IMG/VR virus record: IMGVR_UViG_3300048578_000426 | Span: 1-43,478 of that record | Source: a virus | Lineage: Duplodnaviria > Caudoviricetes | Direction: 5' to 3' (one strand) | DNA length: 43,478 nt | Part shown: positions 1 to 8,734 of the stretch, piece by piece | Numbering within the stretch: position 1 is the first letter of the stretch | Layout of the letters: the number at the start of each line of letters is the position of its first letter | The notes under the pieces: model-generated | Databases searched by the model: none | What the model was told of the DNA's origin: nothing | Seen by the model: the letters and a program-made list of their open reading frames with translations, nothing else | Translations under genes and position numbers: made by a program

Positions 1-2247
1 ATGGCCTACGTCAAGAAGCTTTTCGACGAGAATTTCCTCTTTTACGCCTCCTACGTCATCAAGGACCGCGCGATACCCGACCTCGAGGACGGCCTCAAGC
101 CGGTCCAGCGGCGCATCCTCCACTCCCTCTTCGAGATGGACGACGGCAAGTTCCACAAGGTCGCGAACGTGGTCGGCCACTGCATGCAGTACCACCCCCA
201 CGGCGACCAGTCCATCTACTCGGCCCTCGTCGTCCTCGCGAACAAGGAACTCTTCATCGACAAGCAGGGGAACTTCGGCAACCTCTACACCGGCGACGAA
301 GCCTCGGCGCCCCGCTACATCGAGTGCAGGGCCAAGCCCCTCGCCAAGGATATCTTCCACAACCCCAAGATCACCGAGTTCGTGGATTCCTACGACGGCC
401 GCCACCAGGAGCCCGTGGCCTTCCCCGCCAAGCTGCCCGTCATCCTCCTCACGGGGGCCGAAGGCATCGCCGTCGGCATGAGCACGAAAATCCTCCCCCA
501 CAATCCCCTCGAGGTCATCAAGGCCGAGATCGCCTGCCTCCGCGGCAAGGGCTTCGAGCTCTATCCGGACTTCCCCACGGGCGGCATCGCGGACGTCGCG
601 GAATACGCCGACGGCATGGGCAAGGTCCGGGTGCGCGCCAAGCTCGACACCTCGGACCCGAAGCGCATAGTTGTGAGGGAACTGCCCTTCGGCTCCACGA
701 CGGAGAGCCTCATCGAGAGCGTCGAGGCGGCGGCCAAGGCCGGACGCATCAAGATAGCGGGCATCAGCGACTTCACCACGGACAAGGTCGAGATCGAGAT
801 CAAGCTCCAGCGCGGCGTCTACGCCGAGGAGGTCATCGACTCGCTCTACGCCTTCACCGAGTGCGAGTCCTCCCTCTCCTGCAACTTCCTCGTCATCCAG
901 AACGGCCTCCCGGTCCAGACCACCGTGGAGGAAGTCGTGCGCTACCACTCGAAGCGCCTCCTCGGCATCCTCAAGTCCGAGCTGCAGATCGAGGAGGGCG
1001 AGCTCCTCGACGAGATCCACGCGCGCACCCTCGAACGCATCTTCATCGAGGAGCGCGTCTACAAGCTGATCGAGAACAAGAAGAGCATGGAGGGAGTGCA
1101 GAAGGCCGTCCTCGACGGGCTCGCCCCCTTCCGCAAGGAGATCGGCCGCGACGTCACCCTCGAGGACGTCGAGCGCCTCCTCAAGATCCCGATCCGCCGC
1201 ATCTCGCTCTACGACATCGAGAAGGCCAAGTCCGAGATGGACAAGCTTCTCGCCCAGCTCAAGGAGGTCCGCAAGCACCTCGCCCACCTCACCGACTACG
1301 CCGTGGCCTGGCTCGAGGGCATCGCGAAGCGCCTCGAGCCCGATTGGGCGCGCAAGACCGAGCTCAGGCGCTTCACCCTCGTGGACGCCAAGGAGGTCGC
1401 GAAGCGCGACCTCGCCCTCCGCTACGACGGCCAGTCCGGCTACCTCGGCACGAGCGTCTCCACGGGGGAGAGCCGCCTCCAGGTCTCGAGCTTCGACAAG
1501 GTCCTCTTCCTGCGGCGCTCGGGCATCTGGTCCGTCGTCCCCGTCCCCGAGCGCCTCTTCGTCGACCAGGGCCTCCTCTACTGCGCCATCGCGGAGAAGG
1601 AGTCCCTCGCTGACAAGATATTCACAATTGTGTATAGCGACGCGGAGACCGGCTATCCCTGCATCAAGCGCTTCCAGATCGAGGGCTGGATCATGAACAA
1701 GGACTATCCCCTCCTCCCCGATGGCGCCCAGGTCCTCTGGTTCAGCTCGGCATCCTCCTCGCCCTTCACCCTCAAGTACGAGCCCAAGCCCCGCCAGAAG
1801 GTGAAGTCCGAGGCCTTCCGCATCGAGGACTTCGAGGTGAAGGGCATCAAGGCCAAGGGCGTGAGGCTCGCCTCCCAGGAATGCGCGGCCGTCCTCGCTC
1901 CCGAGCCCGTCGCTGATGCGGCCGGCGCCGAGGCTCCCGGCCTTTTCGATGAGGCGGCACGGGCGCCGAGGGGCCAAGCCTCCCAGAAGTCCGCGCCGGC
2001 CGGCAAGAAGAAAGCCGCTGAACAGCCGACGGGCTCGAAGGAAAGGACCGGGAAAGGCTCCGCAAAGGCCGAGAAGACCTCAAAAACTACAAAAGCCGGT
2101 TCGGGCGGTCTCCTCGCCGCGGCCGAGAAACTCGCGTCCGGAAAGGCTAAGGCGGTAAAGAAGACGGCTGCCGCAAAAATTGTGGCAGGGAAGAGCCCGG
2201 CCAAGGCGGCCGCAACCCCGAAAAAGGCCGGCGGCAAGAAAAAGTGA
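1..2247 (+). CDS. parC: DNA topoisomerase IV subunit A (GyrA/ParC family) with Lys/Ala-rich C-terminal tail
   Basis: Motifs YASYVIKDRAIP, DGLKPVQRR, YHPHGD and catalytic SAPRY; short C-terminal domain with no GyrA-box seen; high-GC host codon usage. Confidence 0.9.
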   Translation: MAYVKKLFDENFLFYASYVIKDRAIPDLEDGLKPVQRRILHSLFEMDDGKFHKVANVVGHCMQYHPHGDQSIYSALVVLANKELFIDKQGNFGNLYTGDEASAPRYIECRAKPLAKDIFHNPKITEFVDSYDGRHQEPVAFPAKLPVILLTGAEGIAVGMSTKILPHNPLEVIKAEIACLRGKGFELYPDFPTGGIADVAEYADGMGKVRVRAKLDTSDPKRIVVRELPFGSTTESLIESVEAAAKAGRIKIAGISDFTTDKVEIEIKLQRGVYAEEVIDSLYAFTECESSLSCNFLVIQNGLPVQTTVEEVVRYHSKRLLGILKSELQIEEGELLDEIHARTLERIFIEERVYKLIENKKSMEGVQKAVLDGLAPFRKEIGRDVTLEDVERLLKIPIRRISLYDIEKAKSEMDKLLAQLKEVRKHLAHLTDYAVAWLEGIAKRLEPDWARKTELRRFTLVDAKEVAKRDLALRYDGQSGYLGTSVSTGESRLQVSSFDKVLFLRRSGIWSVVPVPERLFVDQGLLYCAIAEKESLADKIFTIVYSDAETGYPCIKRFQIEGWIMNKDYPLLPDGAQVLWFSSASSSPFTLKYEPKPRQKVKSEAFRIEDFEVKGIKAKGVRLASQECAAVLAPEPVADAAGAEAPGLFDEAARAPRGQASQKSAPAGKKKAAEQPTGSKERTGKGSAKAEKTSKTTKAGSGGLLAAAEKLASGKAKAVKKTAAAKIVAGKSPAKAAATPKKAGGKKK

Positions 2248-2270
2248 AGGGGCTGGAAGCCCGCGGAATC

Positions 2271-2299
2271 TTGACATAAATTCCGCGGCACGGTATAGT
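2271..2299 (+). promoter_or_regulatory. sigma70-type promoter of tRNA-Asn
   Basis: TTGACA (2271-2276), 17-bp spacer, TATAGT (2294-2299), about 20 nt upstream of the tRNA. Confidence 0.85.
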
Positions 2300-2320
2300 A
2301 ACCACGCTTTCGTTAAGTAT

Positions 2321-2393
2321 TCCCCTGTAGCTCAGCTGGCAGAGCAAGTGGCTGTTAACCACTGGGTCCCTGGTTCGAACCCGGGCGGGGGAG
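2321..2393 (+). tRNA. tRNA-Asn (GTT); CCA not encoded; prophage integration target
   Basis: Cloverleaf: acceptor TCCCCTG/CGGGGGA, D stem GCTC/GAGC, anticodon stem AGTGG/CCACT with loop CTGTTAA, T arm CCTGG-TTCGAAC-CCGGG. Confidence 0.97.
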
Positions 2394-2394
2394 C
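2352..2394 (+). repeat. attL core (43-bp direct repeat, 3' part of tRNA-Asn)
   Basis: CTGTTAACCACTGGGTCCCTGGTTCGAACCCGGGCGGGGGAGC, identical to 41327-41369. Confidence 0.95.
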
Positions 2395-2398
2395 TTCT

Positions 2399-2430
2399 AA
2401 TAGGGCCGATTATCGGCCCTATTTTTTTTT
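2399..2430 (+). terminator. Rho-independent terminator after tRNA-Asn (supplied by the phage)
   Basis: AATAGGGCCGA-TTA-TCGGCCCTATT hairpin followed by a T run. Confidence 0.85.
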
Positions 2431-2495
2431 AGTAAAAGCATTTACGAAGTGCGGTGCGACAAACTGCAACGTATGCAATAGGGCCGAATTTCTGG

Positions 2496-2525
2496 ACTGT
2501 GCCAAAACTGTGCCGGCACTGTGCC
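2496..2525 (+). repeat. Three ACTGTGCC repeats at 11-bp period; putative integrase arm-type sites
   Basis: Copies at 2496, 2507 and 2518, between attL and the int start; related ACTGTGTC at 41205 inside attR. Confidence 0.6.
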
Positions 2526-2540
2526 ACGAGGAGGCCCTGT

Positions 2541-3836
2541 ATGTCCCGTTATCGCCTATTTCCACGTGATCTCAAGGCAAAGGATGGCTCTAGCTCAAGG
2601 GTCTGGTACTACGAGTATCTTGGGCCTGATGGTGGACGCGTTAGGCGCTCGACCGGCTACACCCGGAAACGCGATGCTGAGGATTTCATCGAGTCCCTTG
2701 ATGCCCAGGACGAGGCGGAAGAGGAGCGAGCGAAGACCCCCTCGCGGCCGCGGGCCCGTCTCCGCGAGGTCGCTGATCCCATGTTCAAGGCGGATTCCGC
2801 ACACATCAAGCGCTGGGCGCAGAAGGGGCGCAAGCTCGTCGCTCACACCATCGAGCAGCACCGACGCTGGATCGACCTCTTCATCATGCCGAAGTGGGGC
2901 GAAGTCTGGTGCGATGAGATCACCGGTCCCGCCATTGAGGATTGGCTTATCACCCTCACGAGCTCGACGAACGAGAAGCGCGGCCGTGGGCCCGGCCTCG
3001 CGAACACGACGAAGAACGGCATCGGGCGGACCATGGGCCTCATCCTCACGGAGGCGAAGCGAGCGGGATACATCGACCAGGTGCCGGAGCTCGAGCTCTT
3101 CGAACGCAACTCCCAGAAGAAGGATATCGTCCTCGACGCGGAACTCGAGAAGCTCTTCCCCGAGTGTCCCGCTGCGCTTTCTCTCGTTTGGATGCGGCGG
3201 CCGAACCGGAATCGCGACGCGGAAGGCACTGATATCGGGCTCATGTTCGGGGCCCTCTTTGCGCTCGCTGTCTCCGCCGGCCTAAGGCCGGGGGAGGCGA
3301 GGGCCCTCCATGTTGACCAGCTCTATCGCGACGCCGGCGGCATTATCGTGGACCGGGCCTATGATACCGATGGCACCCTGGGAGCTCCCAAGAAATCGAA
3401 GGCCGGGGATCCGCGTTTCCGGGTGTCGTTTGTCCCTGAGAGGACCTGGAAAATCATTGACCTCTGGCTCAAGCATAGGAAAGCCCCCGAGGATCATCCT
3501 GGGCTACTCTTCCCCTTTCATGGCAAGCCAATCTCATCCTTCTTCTTGAACGAACGCTTTGGAGTTGGTCTCGAAAATGCAGAAATTCCGACAACAGGGC
3601 GGATCCTGTCGCCGCACTCACTAAGGTATACCTACGATACAAAAATGCGAAGCGTCCTCTCCGGCGATGTTCTCCGCGAGTTTATCGGCCACCGCTCGGA
3701 GGCGATGACCGACCATTATGATCGGGCGAGCCTGCGGCCGGTCCTCGAGATGAGGCTATTCCAGCTTGAGGATCAACGTCCCCTTGTCGAACAGTTCTGG
3801 GTGTCTCCTAAGCTTAGCTGTTCGCTGTCGGAATAG
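2541..3836 (+). CDS. int: Tyrosine recombinase / phage integrase
   Basis: Catalytic motifs GLRPGE, K (PKK), HSLR, GH and Y (TDHY); N-terminal arm-binding-like WYYEY..RRSTG; RBS GAGGAGG before ATG 2541; adjacent to att. Confidence 0.93.
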   Translation: MSRYRLFPRDLKAKDGSSSRVWYYEYLGPDGGRVRRSTGYTRKRDAEDFIESLDAQDEAEEERAKTPSRPRARLREVADPMFKADSAHIKRWAQKGRKLVAHTIEQHRRWIDLFIMPKWGEVWCDEITGPAIEDWLITLTSSTNEKRGRGPGLANTTKNGIGRTMGLILTEAKRAGYIDQVPELELFERNSQKKDIVLDAELEKLFPECPAALSLVWMRRPNRNRDAEGTDIGLMFGALFALAVSAGLRPGEARALHVDQLYRDAGGIIVDRAYDTDGTLGAPKKSKAGDPRFRVSFVPERTWKIIDLWLKHRKAPEDHPGLLFPFHGKPISSFFLNERFGVGLENAEIPTTGRILSPHSLRYTYDTKMRSVLSGDVLREFIGHRSEAMTDHYDRASLRPVLEMRLFQLEDQRPLVEQFWVSPKLSCSLSE

Positions 3837-4680
3837 ATAAGTTGTCGCAAAAGAACATTATTTCGGATCCTTCACCGGAACTATGGGCGCTATAATGGAT
3901 TGAGTATGATCGATTGTGACAATTATGATATAGTGCCCTTATCTCCGGTACATTGTCGTAGCTGACCATCCAGTTGTGTTTCAGGGTTCGCACCCGAGCA
4001 GCCAAATCAGCATGGTCTTCTTGGCGGTAAAAATTCTGATAGAGATCTCCGCCTTTTACATAGTATGGTGGATCAAGATATATGAGAGACTTTTCTGGTA
4101 TTTTCTTTTCTATCTCGTCAAGAAATTTTACTGCATCCATGTTATAAAGGTGAATACACTCAGAAAAATATGCGATCTTGTGTATGCGACTGATTATGTC
4201 TTCTTTGTTGAAGCGTGCATCAATTTTATAAGTGCCAGTCTGGTCTAGGCCACCAATTACTCCACCATTTATGATACCTGATCTATTTGTTCTATTTAGG
4301 AAAAGGAAAGAAAACCCTAAATCAATGGAGTACGGGTCTCGCCCTTTCTTAACGACTTCCTTGTGTTTTTTCCATTCTTTTATGGTGATATCAGTGTTCC
4401 TGATTTTTTCGCATAATTCTTCAGGTGCCGACTTCACTGCATTCCAGAAAGCATGGACTGCAGGATCAATATCATTGAGATGTATTTCATAGGCATACCC
4501 CGAGATAAGCAGCTCTAGGGCGATCCCTGCTCCTCCTGCGAAAGGTTCAACATAATGCCCGTCAATAAGTTCATTTTCTTTTAGTAAAGATTTGAGGAAA
4601 GGGGACAATTTCCCCTTTCCTCCTGGATACCTAAGTGGTGTATAGAGAGAGCGAGTTGTCGTCATGTTGCTAGTATACAT
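3814..4680 (-). CDS. D12-class (Dam-like) N6-adenine DNA methyltransferase
   Basis: TPLRYPGGK, YVEPFAGGAG (SAM binding) and YLDPPYY (catalytic); low GC. Confidence 0.92.
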   Translation of the reverse strand: MYTSNMTTTRSLYTPLRYPGGKGKLSPFLKSLLKENELIDGHYVEPFAGGAGIALELLISGYAYEIHLNDIDPAVHAFWNAVKSAPEELCEKIRNTDITIKEWKKHKEVVKKGRDPYSIDLGFSFLFLNRTNRSGIINGGVIGGLDQTGTYKIDARFNKEDIISRIHKIAYFSECIHLYNMDAVKFLDEIEKKIPEKSLIYLDPPYYVKGGDLYQNFYRQEDHADLAARVRTLKHNWMVSYDNVPEIRALYHNCHNRSYSIHYSAHSSGEGSEIMFFCDNLSIPTANS

Positions 4681-4703
4681 GCATTATCTGAGGTCGGCCA
4701 GCC

Positions 4704-6050
4704 CTAAACGTTAGATTCACCAATATGGACAAAATATGGCTCTAGCATTGTCCATATTCTTATTAGGTCCTTCTTTTCAGGGAAGAAATCCTTGTTGTGA
4801 ACGCATTGATGTAAAGTGTCATATGACAACATCTGGTCCTTGTTTGATACAAGCTTTCGCAAGGCTGTTATTTGCGATTTTTCAAGATATGCATGAGACT
4901 CAAGATAGTTAATTACTGAATTCCAATCTGCATCCCAGCGCCCTTGTACTCCAGAAACTTTTGGGACTCCTTTTTTCTTGGCATATAAATAGGTGCTCAT
5001 CTCGAGGAATGCCCTTAGGAGCATGGATGCCGAGTTGGTATATCTATCTATGTCTAGATGACGTAATTCAACTATCATACACATGATTCTATTGTTGGAG
5101 CAGTTAAACTTGAACTCTTTTGTTATAAGCGTTTTTCTTTCTAGGGGATTCTTCGTGGTAGTGCGTTTTCCCGAAGCTGCAGATTTTGCTTCTTTCCGTA
5201 AATCGATTAAGGGGACTTCTGGACGACTATCACTTCCTGTTGGTAGATCAGGTTCTATGCTTTTAATATATGCTGCTCTTTTAGCTTTGTTTTTAATTAT
5301 GTCGACTGTAGCACCACCATGAAAATCTTTTACAATTTTGGCAAGTGCTTTTTTTAGGGCATCAAAGCTCACAGTTGCTTTCAACTGGCCTTTTTCAAAC
5401 TTTAAGCCAAGAGCAGAACGCGAAGCTTCATCATCTAGGAGGCGCTCTATGTTCGTGAACATGTTTTTTTCTTGGTAAAGCTTTGCAATTTCTGGTGTGT
5501 TTTCTTTCATCCAGTCAATGAGCTGCAGGGTTCTGTCTGGCGTTCCAATTGTATTCGCCAAGAAACGGCGCTGCTGTTCGGTATCCCAACTCGAGACTCC
5601 GACTCCATCATTTGATCCGGTATGACGTTCCTGTATCCAGCTATTGGCCTCAGCCCTTTTTGAAACTACAAAACAGGTTATCTCTTTGGGAATAGCAGCG
5701 CCGTTGGATAAACGCTCGAATGAAGATTTAAATTCCGTGGGAACTCGACTCGGATCAATCAGCCCCATAATGCAGGCTAAGCGTCGATTCCCTTCGAGTA
5801 CTATGTACCACTCATCTTCGGGAACGACAATCATCAACTGAGTAGGGTTTAGGCCATTTTTTGCAATATCAGCGGCTAATTTCGTCATCTTTATTTTCTC
5901 ACTATCAAATAGCTTACGACTAGCCTCAACTTGATCGACTGAGCGGTCAAATCTTGGGTTAGCCGTATCGAGTTTTAACTTATGAATCGGGATTAGTTGT
6001 GGTTCTTTGGTACTGACAATCTTGGGAAGCGTACTCTTTTTAGGGGTCAT
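4704..6050 (-). CDS. ParB/Srx-like N-terminal domain plus putative HEPN-like C-terminal domain; likely defence effector
   Basis: LKLDTANPRF and YIVLEGNRRL (ParB-like); NSASMLLRAFLE and LHQCVH (HEPN-like); 23 bp upstream of the methyltransferase, same strand. Confidence 0.65.
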   Translation of the reverse strand: MTPKKSTLPKIVSTKEPQLIPIHKLKLDTANPRFDRSVDQVEASRKLFDSEKIKMTKLAADIAKNGLNPTQLMIVVPEDEWYIVLEGNRRLACIMGLIDPSRVPTEFKSSFERLSNGAAIPKEITCFVVSKRAEANSWIQERHTGSNDGVGVSSWDTEQQRRFLANTIGTPDRTLQLIDWMKENTPEIAKLYQEKNMFTNIERLLDDEASRSALGLKFEKGQLKATVSFDALKKALAKIVKDFHGGATVDIIKNKAKRAAYIKSIEPDLPTGSDSRPEVPLIDLRKEAKSAASGKRTTTKNPLERKTLITKEFKFNCSNNRIMCMIVELRHLDIDRYTNSASMLLRAFLEMSTYLYAKKKGVPKVSGVQGRWDADWNSVINYLESHAYLEKSQITALRKLVSNKDQMLSYDTLHQCVHNKDFFPEKKDLIRIWTMLEPYFVHIGESNV

Positions 6051-6081
6051 TTCGTTCTCCTTCTTGATGATGGAATATCTG

Positions 6082-6312
6082 CTATTTATCCAGCGTCGGC
6101 GGATCGCACCTCTTGCAGGGCTCGTATCCCTGCTTAATCGCCTCTTCGAGGGTTATCGGGATCTTCGACTTCTTGAGCGACGAACAGCTTTCCTTGTGGT
6201 ACTTTTCGCCCGTCCTGGTGATGTAGACGGTCGTCGTGCCCGGGGCCGCGAGGGCCAGCGCCGCGACGAGGATGAAGATGCCGGCGATGAAGGATCTCTG
6301 TAACTTCTTCAT
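6082..6312 (-). CDS. Small exported protein with Cys/His metal-binding domain (Ada-like VYITxTGxKYH...CxxC)
   Basis: Signal peptide, then VYITRTGEKYHKESC...GYEPCKRC. Confidence 0.7.
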   Translation of the reverse strand: MKKLQRSFIAGIFILVAALALAAPGTTTVYITRTGEKYHKESCSSLKKSKIPITLEEAIKQGYEPCKRCDPPTLDK

Positions 6313-6464
6313 TTTGCCCGCTGCTCCCTTTGCCTGCTCCAGCTCGCGTTGAGTAGTCGCATGATCCTACCCCATTCTCCGCTACGCTTGAACTCTTTCC
6401 GGGAGAGCCCGCTCATGTGTTGTTCGGCTTGTTTGAACATCTTCAGGTGTTGGCGCTTGTTCAT
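6309..6464 (-). CDS. Small basic hypothetical protein
   Basis: ATG at 6464 with GAGG RBS; stop overlaps the next start (ATGA). Confidence 0.5.
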   Translation of the reverse strand: MNKRQHLKMFKQAEQHMSGLSRKEFKRSGEWGRIMRLLNASWSRQREQRAK

Positions 6465-6569
6465 CCTTACCTCTTCTTGTTTTACTATAGGGGCCACTTG
6501 CGGTCAGTTGGTGGAGGGATGTGCCCCGCCCCCATGTCCCGGAAATGCTCTTTCAGTGGATCACTATGC

Positions 6570-7484
6570 TTAGAACTGAGGAGTAACAGGAAGTACATTT
6601 TTTTCTGCTACACCATACAGTTTAAAATTCGCCCCATCAGTACATTGGTATTCTCCAGTAAAATCGCCGGTAAATCTATCAATCGAATAGTGAAATGAGA
6701 ATGTATCTCTGTCTATCTGGAATGTCATTAAGGTAGCTGACAGAGATGCAACATTACCAATCGGATCAAAATTACTGTTGAGTAGTTTTTTTTCATTAAG
6801 GTCTACAATGAAGCTTATTCTTAGTCTTATTGCATCATCTTTGGGTAGCCATTGTTTGTTTGTTTCATTATAAACACTCGATGGATTAAGTGAGATTAAA
6901 TACAAGTTCTTTAGGTCATCCATATTGCCAGATGGCACTAAGTTGATATAGCCAATGCTACTAATTGGGATGCCATTGTTATCATTCAAATCGAGTTGCC
7001 AAAAGAAAAGTTGATAGGCGTTAAAATCCCATTGAGCTCTTGCTCTACTACACCATGATTCCTTGTTTCTTTTGGTAAAGTTTTCATCAATGATTACTTT
7101 GGGTTGTCCAAAGGCGTCTATTAGTTGATAGAGAGGACTTATTGTATCGGATTTGTTAAGTGTTACATGATCCTTGTTGCTGAAGTTGACTAGAATACAA
7201 TCCCATGTTCCATCAGCTTTTTGTCTGTCGTAACATTTGATCTCGTAAATGCCATCACTAATTGAAAATTCACGAGTGATGGTTAATTGTGGGAATAGCT
7301 GTGGATTTTCTGGCGTACTCCAAATGGTTGTCGATGCAGAAGTGCTATTCTCTGATGCTTTTTCTCTGCTTTCTATTGTCTCATTTAGCGTAGTGATTAT
7401 TTTTCCAAAACTATCTTCTGCTGCGAGTTGAAAAGTACAAGAAATTAATACAAGGGCTAGGACTATCTGTTTGTGAATCTTCAT
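6570..7484 (-). CDS. Low-GC exported or lipoprotein hypothetical protein (moron)
   Basis: 304-aa ORF; N-terminal signal MKIHKQIVLALVLISC, a possible spirochaete-type lipobox; AT-rich. Confidence 0.75.
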   Translation of the reverse strand: MKIHKQIVLALVLISCTFQLAAEDSFGKIITTLNETIESREKASENSTSASTTIWSTPENPQLFPQLTITREFSISDGIYEIKCYDRQKADGTWDCILVNFSNKDHVTLNKSDTISPLYQLIDAFGQPKVIIDENFTKRNKESWCSRARAQWDFNAYQLFFWQLDLNDNNGIPISSIGYINLVPSGNMDDLKNLYLISLNPSSVYNETNKQWLPKDDAIRLRISFIVDLNEKKLLNSNFDPIGNVASLSATLMTFQIDRDTFSFHYSIDRFTGDFTGEYQCTDGANFKLYGVAEKNVLPVTPQF

Positions 7485-7802
7485 GTTTTTTTCTGGCCTG
7501 ATTTATTCCCTAATAATTATTGCAGATAGAGTTCATCTTTGAGGAAACTGGATTATCCGACAGTTTCCTGCTGGCCTTGTGCGCCCGCGTGCCGAGCTGC
7601 CCCGGCGGCGCCATGGATCGCTGCGACGAGCGGCTTCCTGACAGGGGCTTCAAGCTCATCCAGGTCGCCAACAGTCTGACTCTAGAATCCAGCGCCGTCA
7701 AGCGAATTACTACACATTCCCGCATAGACAATTGTCTATGGCGTATTTTTCTCTAATCTTCCGATTATCTCCGAACGGTGAAGTTCGGATTCACCCACAT
7801 TT

Positions 7803-8177
7803 TCAGGCGTTTGCCGTAGCGTCAGCTCTATTGTCCCGCGATGTTTCCGCTGCCGCATGAATTCCTGCAAGCCAAGGGGCCCTGATCGGCTCCTCGAGCT
7901 CGTCGAGGTCCTCGAGGACTGGCCGGTAACGGCGAGCCCTCTCAAGGAGCTGACGGTCGGATACTGAGATTGTTGCGGGTTCCTCGCCGGTTACAAGATA
8001 TTCAACCGTTGTGCCCAAAGTCCGGGCCATTGCCACAGCCTCATTAGCTCGAGGGAGATTCCCTTTGCGGCGGTATGAGTTGTATGCGTCTCGAGAAAGA
8101 CCGGCTGCATTCGCAACAGCTTCAATCGTTGTGCCATGTGTCTTTGCTGACTCTTTTACTCTATCAAACCAATCCAT
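7803..8177 (-). CDS. CI-like prophage repressor (XRE-type HTH)
   Basis: HTH TIEAVANAAGLSRDAYNSYRRKGNLP...LGTTVEYLVTG; divergent from the early operon. Confidence 0.8.
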   Translation of the reverse strand: MDWFDRVKESAKTHGTTIEAVANAAGLSRDAYNSYRRKGNLPRANEAVAMARTLGTTVEYLVTGEEPATISVSDRQLLERARRYRPVLEDLDELEEPIRAPWLAGIHAAAETSRDNRADATANA

Positions 8178-8274
8178 AATCTGATTATCGACTAAAAAAG
8201 TGCTCTATAGGCCACTTTTCGCACTTGACAATGTGGTCCAGGAGACATATACCAATAATCAGGTGTGGTATATG
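8176..8274. promoter_or_regulatory. Immunity region: divergent promoters and candidate operators
   Basis: TTGACA (8225-8230), 17 bp, TATACC (8248-8253) on +; inverted repeats ATAATC-T-GATTAT (8176-8188) and CATATACCA-N11-TGGTATATG (8246-8274). Confidence 0.6.
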
Positions 8275-8322
8275 GGCCACAAAAAAGAAGAAGGAGGCGG
8301 TCATGGACGAGGAGGGCGCGAA

Positions 8323-8610
8323 GTGAGATACGACTTCACCAGCGTGGCACGGGCGTTGGCGTCGGAGGGGCTCGGTCTCGTGAGGATTGAGACTGGGGTG
8401 GAGAACGAGCCAACACGGGCTGTTCTGCATGTCCAGGAGCTTGATCCCGTCTCCTTGCCCGAAGGCTGGCATGGAGAGACGCTGCTCGCAGCGATCTTCC
8501 CCAAGGACTGTTCCCTCGAAGATGCGCTCGAGCAGCTTCGGATCTCGTGGGCTATGCGGGGGTCGCGAACAGGACACCCCCGCAGTTCGAGCACATCTTC
8601 ACCAGCATGA
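8323..8610 (+). CDS. Hypothetical early protein
   Basis: GTG start with GGAGG RBS; first sizeable rightward ORF. Confidence 0.5.
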   Translation: MRYDFTSVARALASEGLGLVRIETGVENEPTRAVLHVQELDPVSLPEGWHGETLLAAIFPKDCSLEDALEQLRISWAMRGSRTGHPRSSSTSSPA

Positions 8611-8734
8611 ACGGCATCCGGAATTCATCCCATGACGATGGCTCAATCATCTTGACGATGGTCTGGACACATCCACAGCGCGGACAAGCCGGCAACAACA
8701 GGGCCGGCGGTGTCCCTGGTTCATTCGTTTTCAT
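8552..8734 (-). CDS. Small zinc-ribbon protein, antisense to the early operon
   Basis: CPRC...CSNC; ATG 8734 preceded by AGGAAGGA on the minus strand. Confidence 0.45.
   Translation of the reverse strand: MKTNEPGTPPALLLPACPRCGCVQTIVKMIEPSSWDEFRMPFMLVKMCSNCGGVLFATPA

Noticed and set aside
324-1613. Long alternative-frame and antisense ORFs (for example 324-1613, 16377-17321, 20871-21863, 30819-32924)
   Set aside because: Shadow ORFs of high-GC genes with strong codon bias; no recognisable motifs
3814-6050. Classical type II restriction-modification system
   Set aside because: The partner protein shows ParB-like and HEPN-like motifs rather than a recognisable restriction endonuclease motif
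7510-7756. Short ORFs on both strands between the moron and the repressor
   Set aside because: No convincing RBS or motif; cannot support either as a gene
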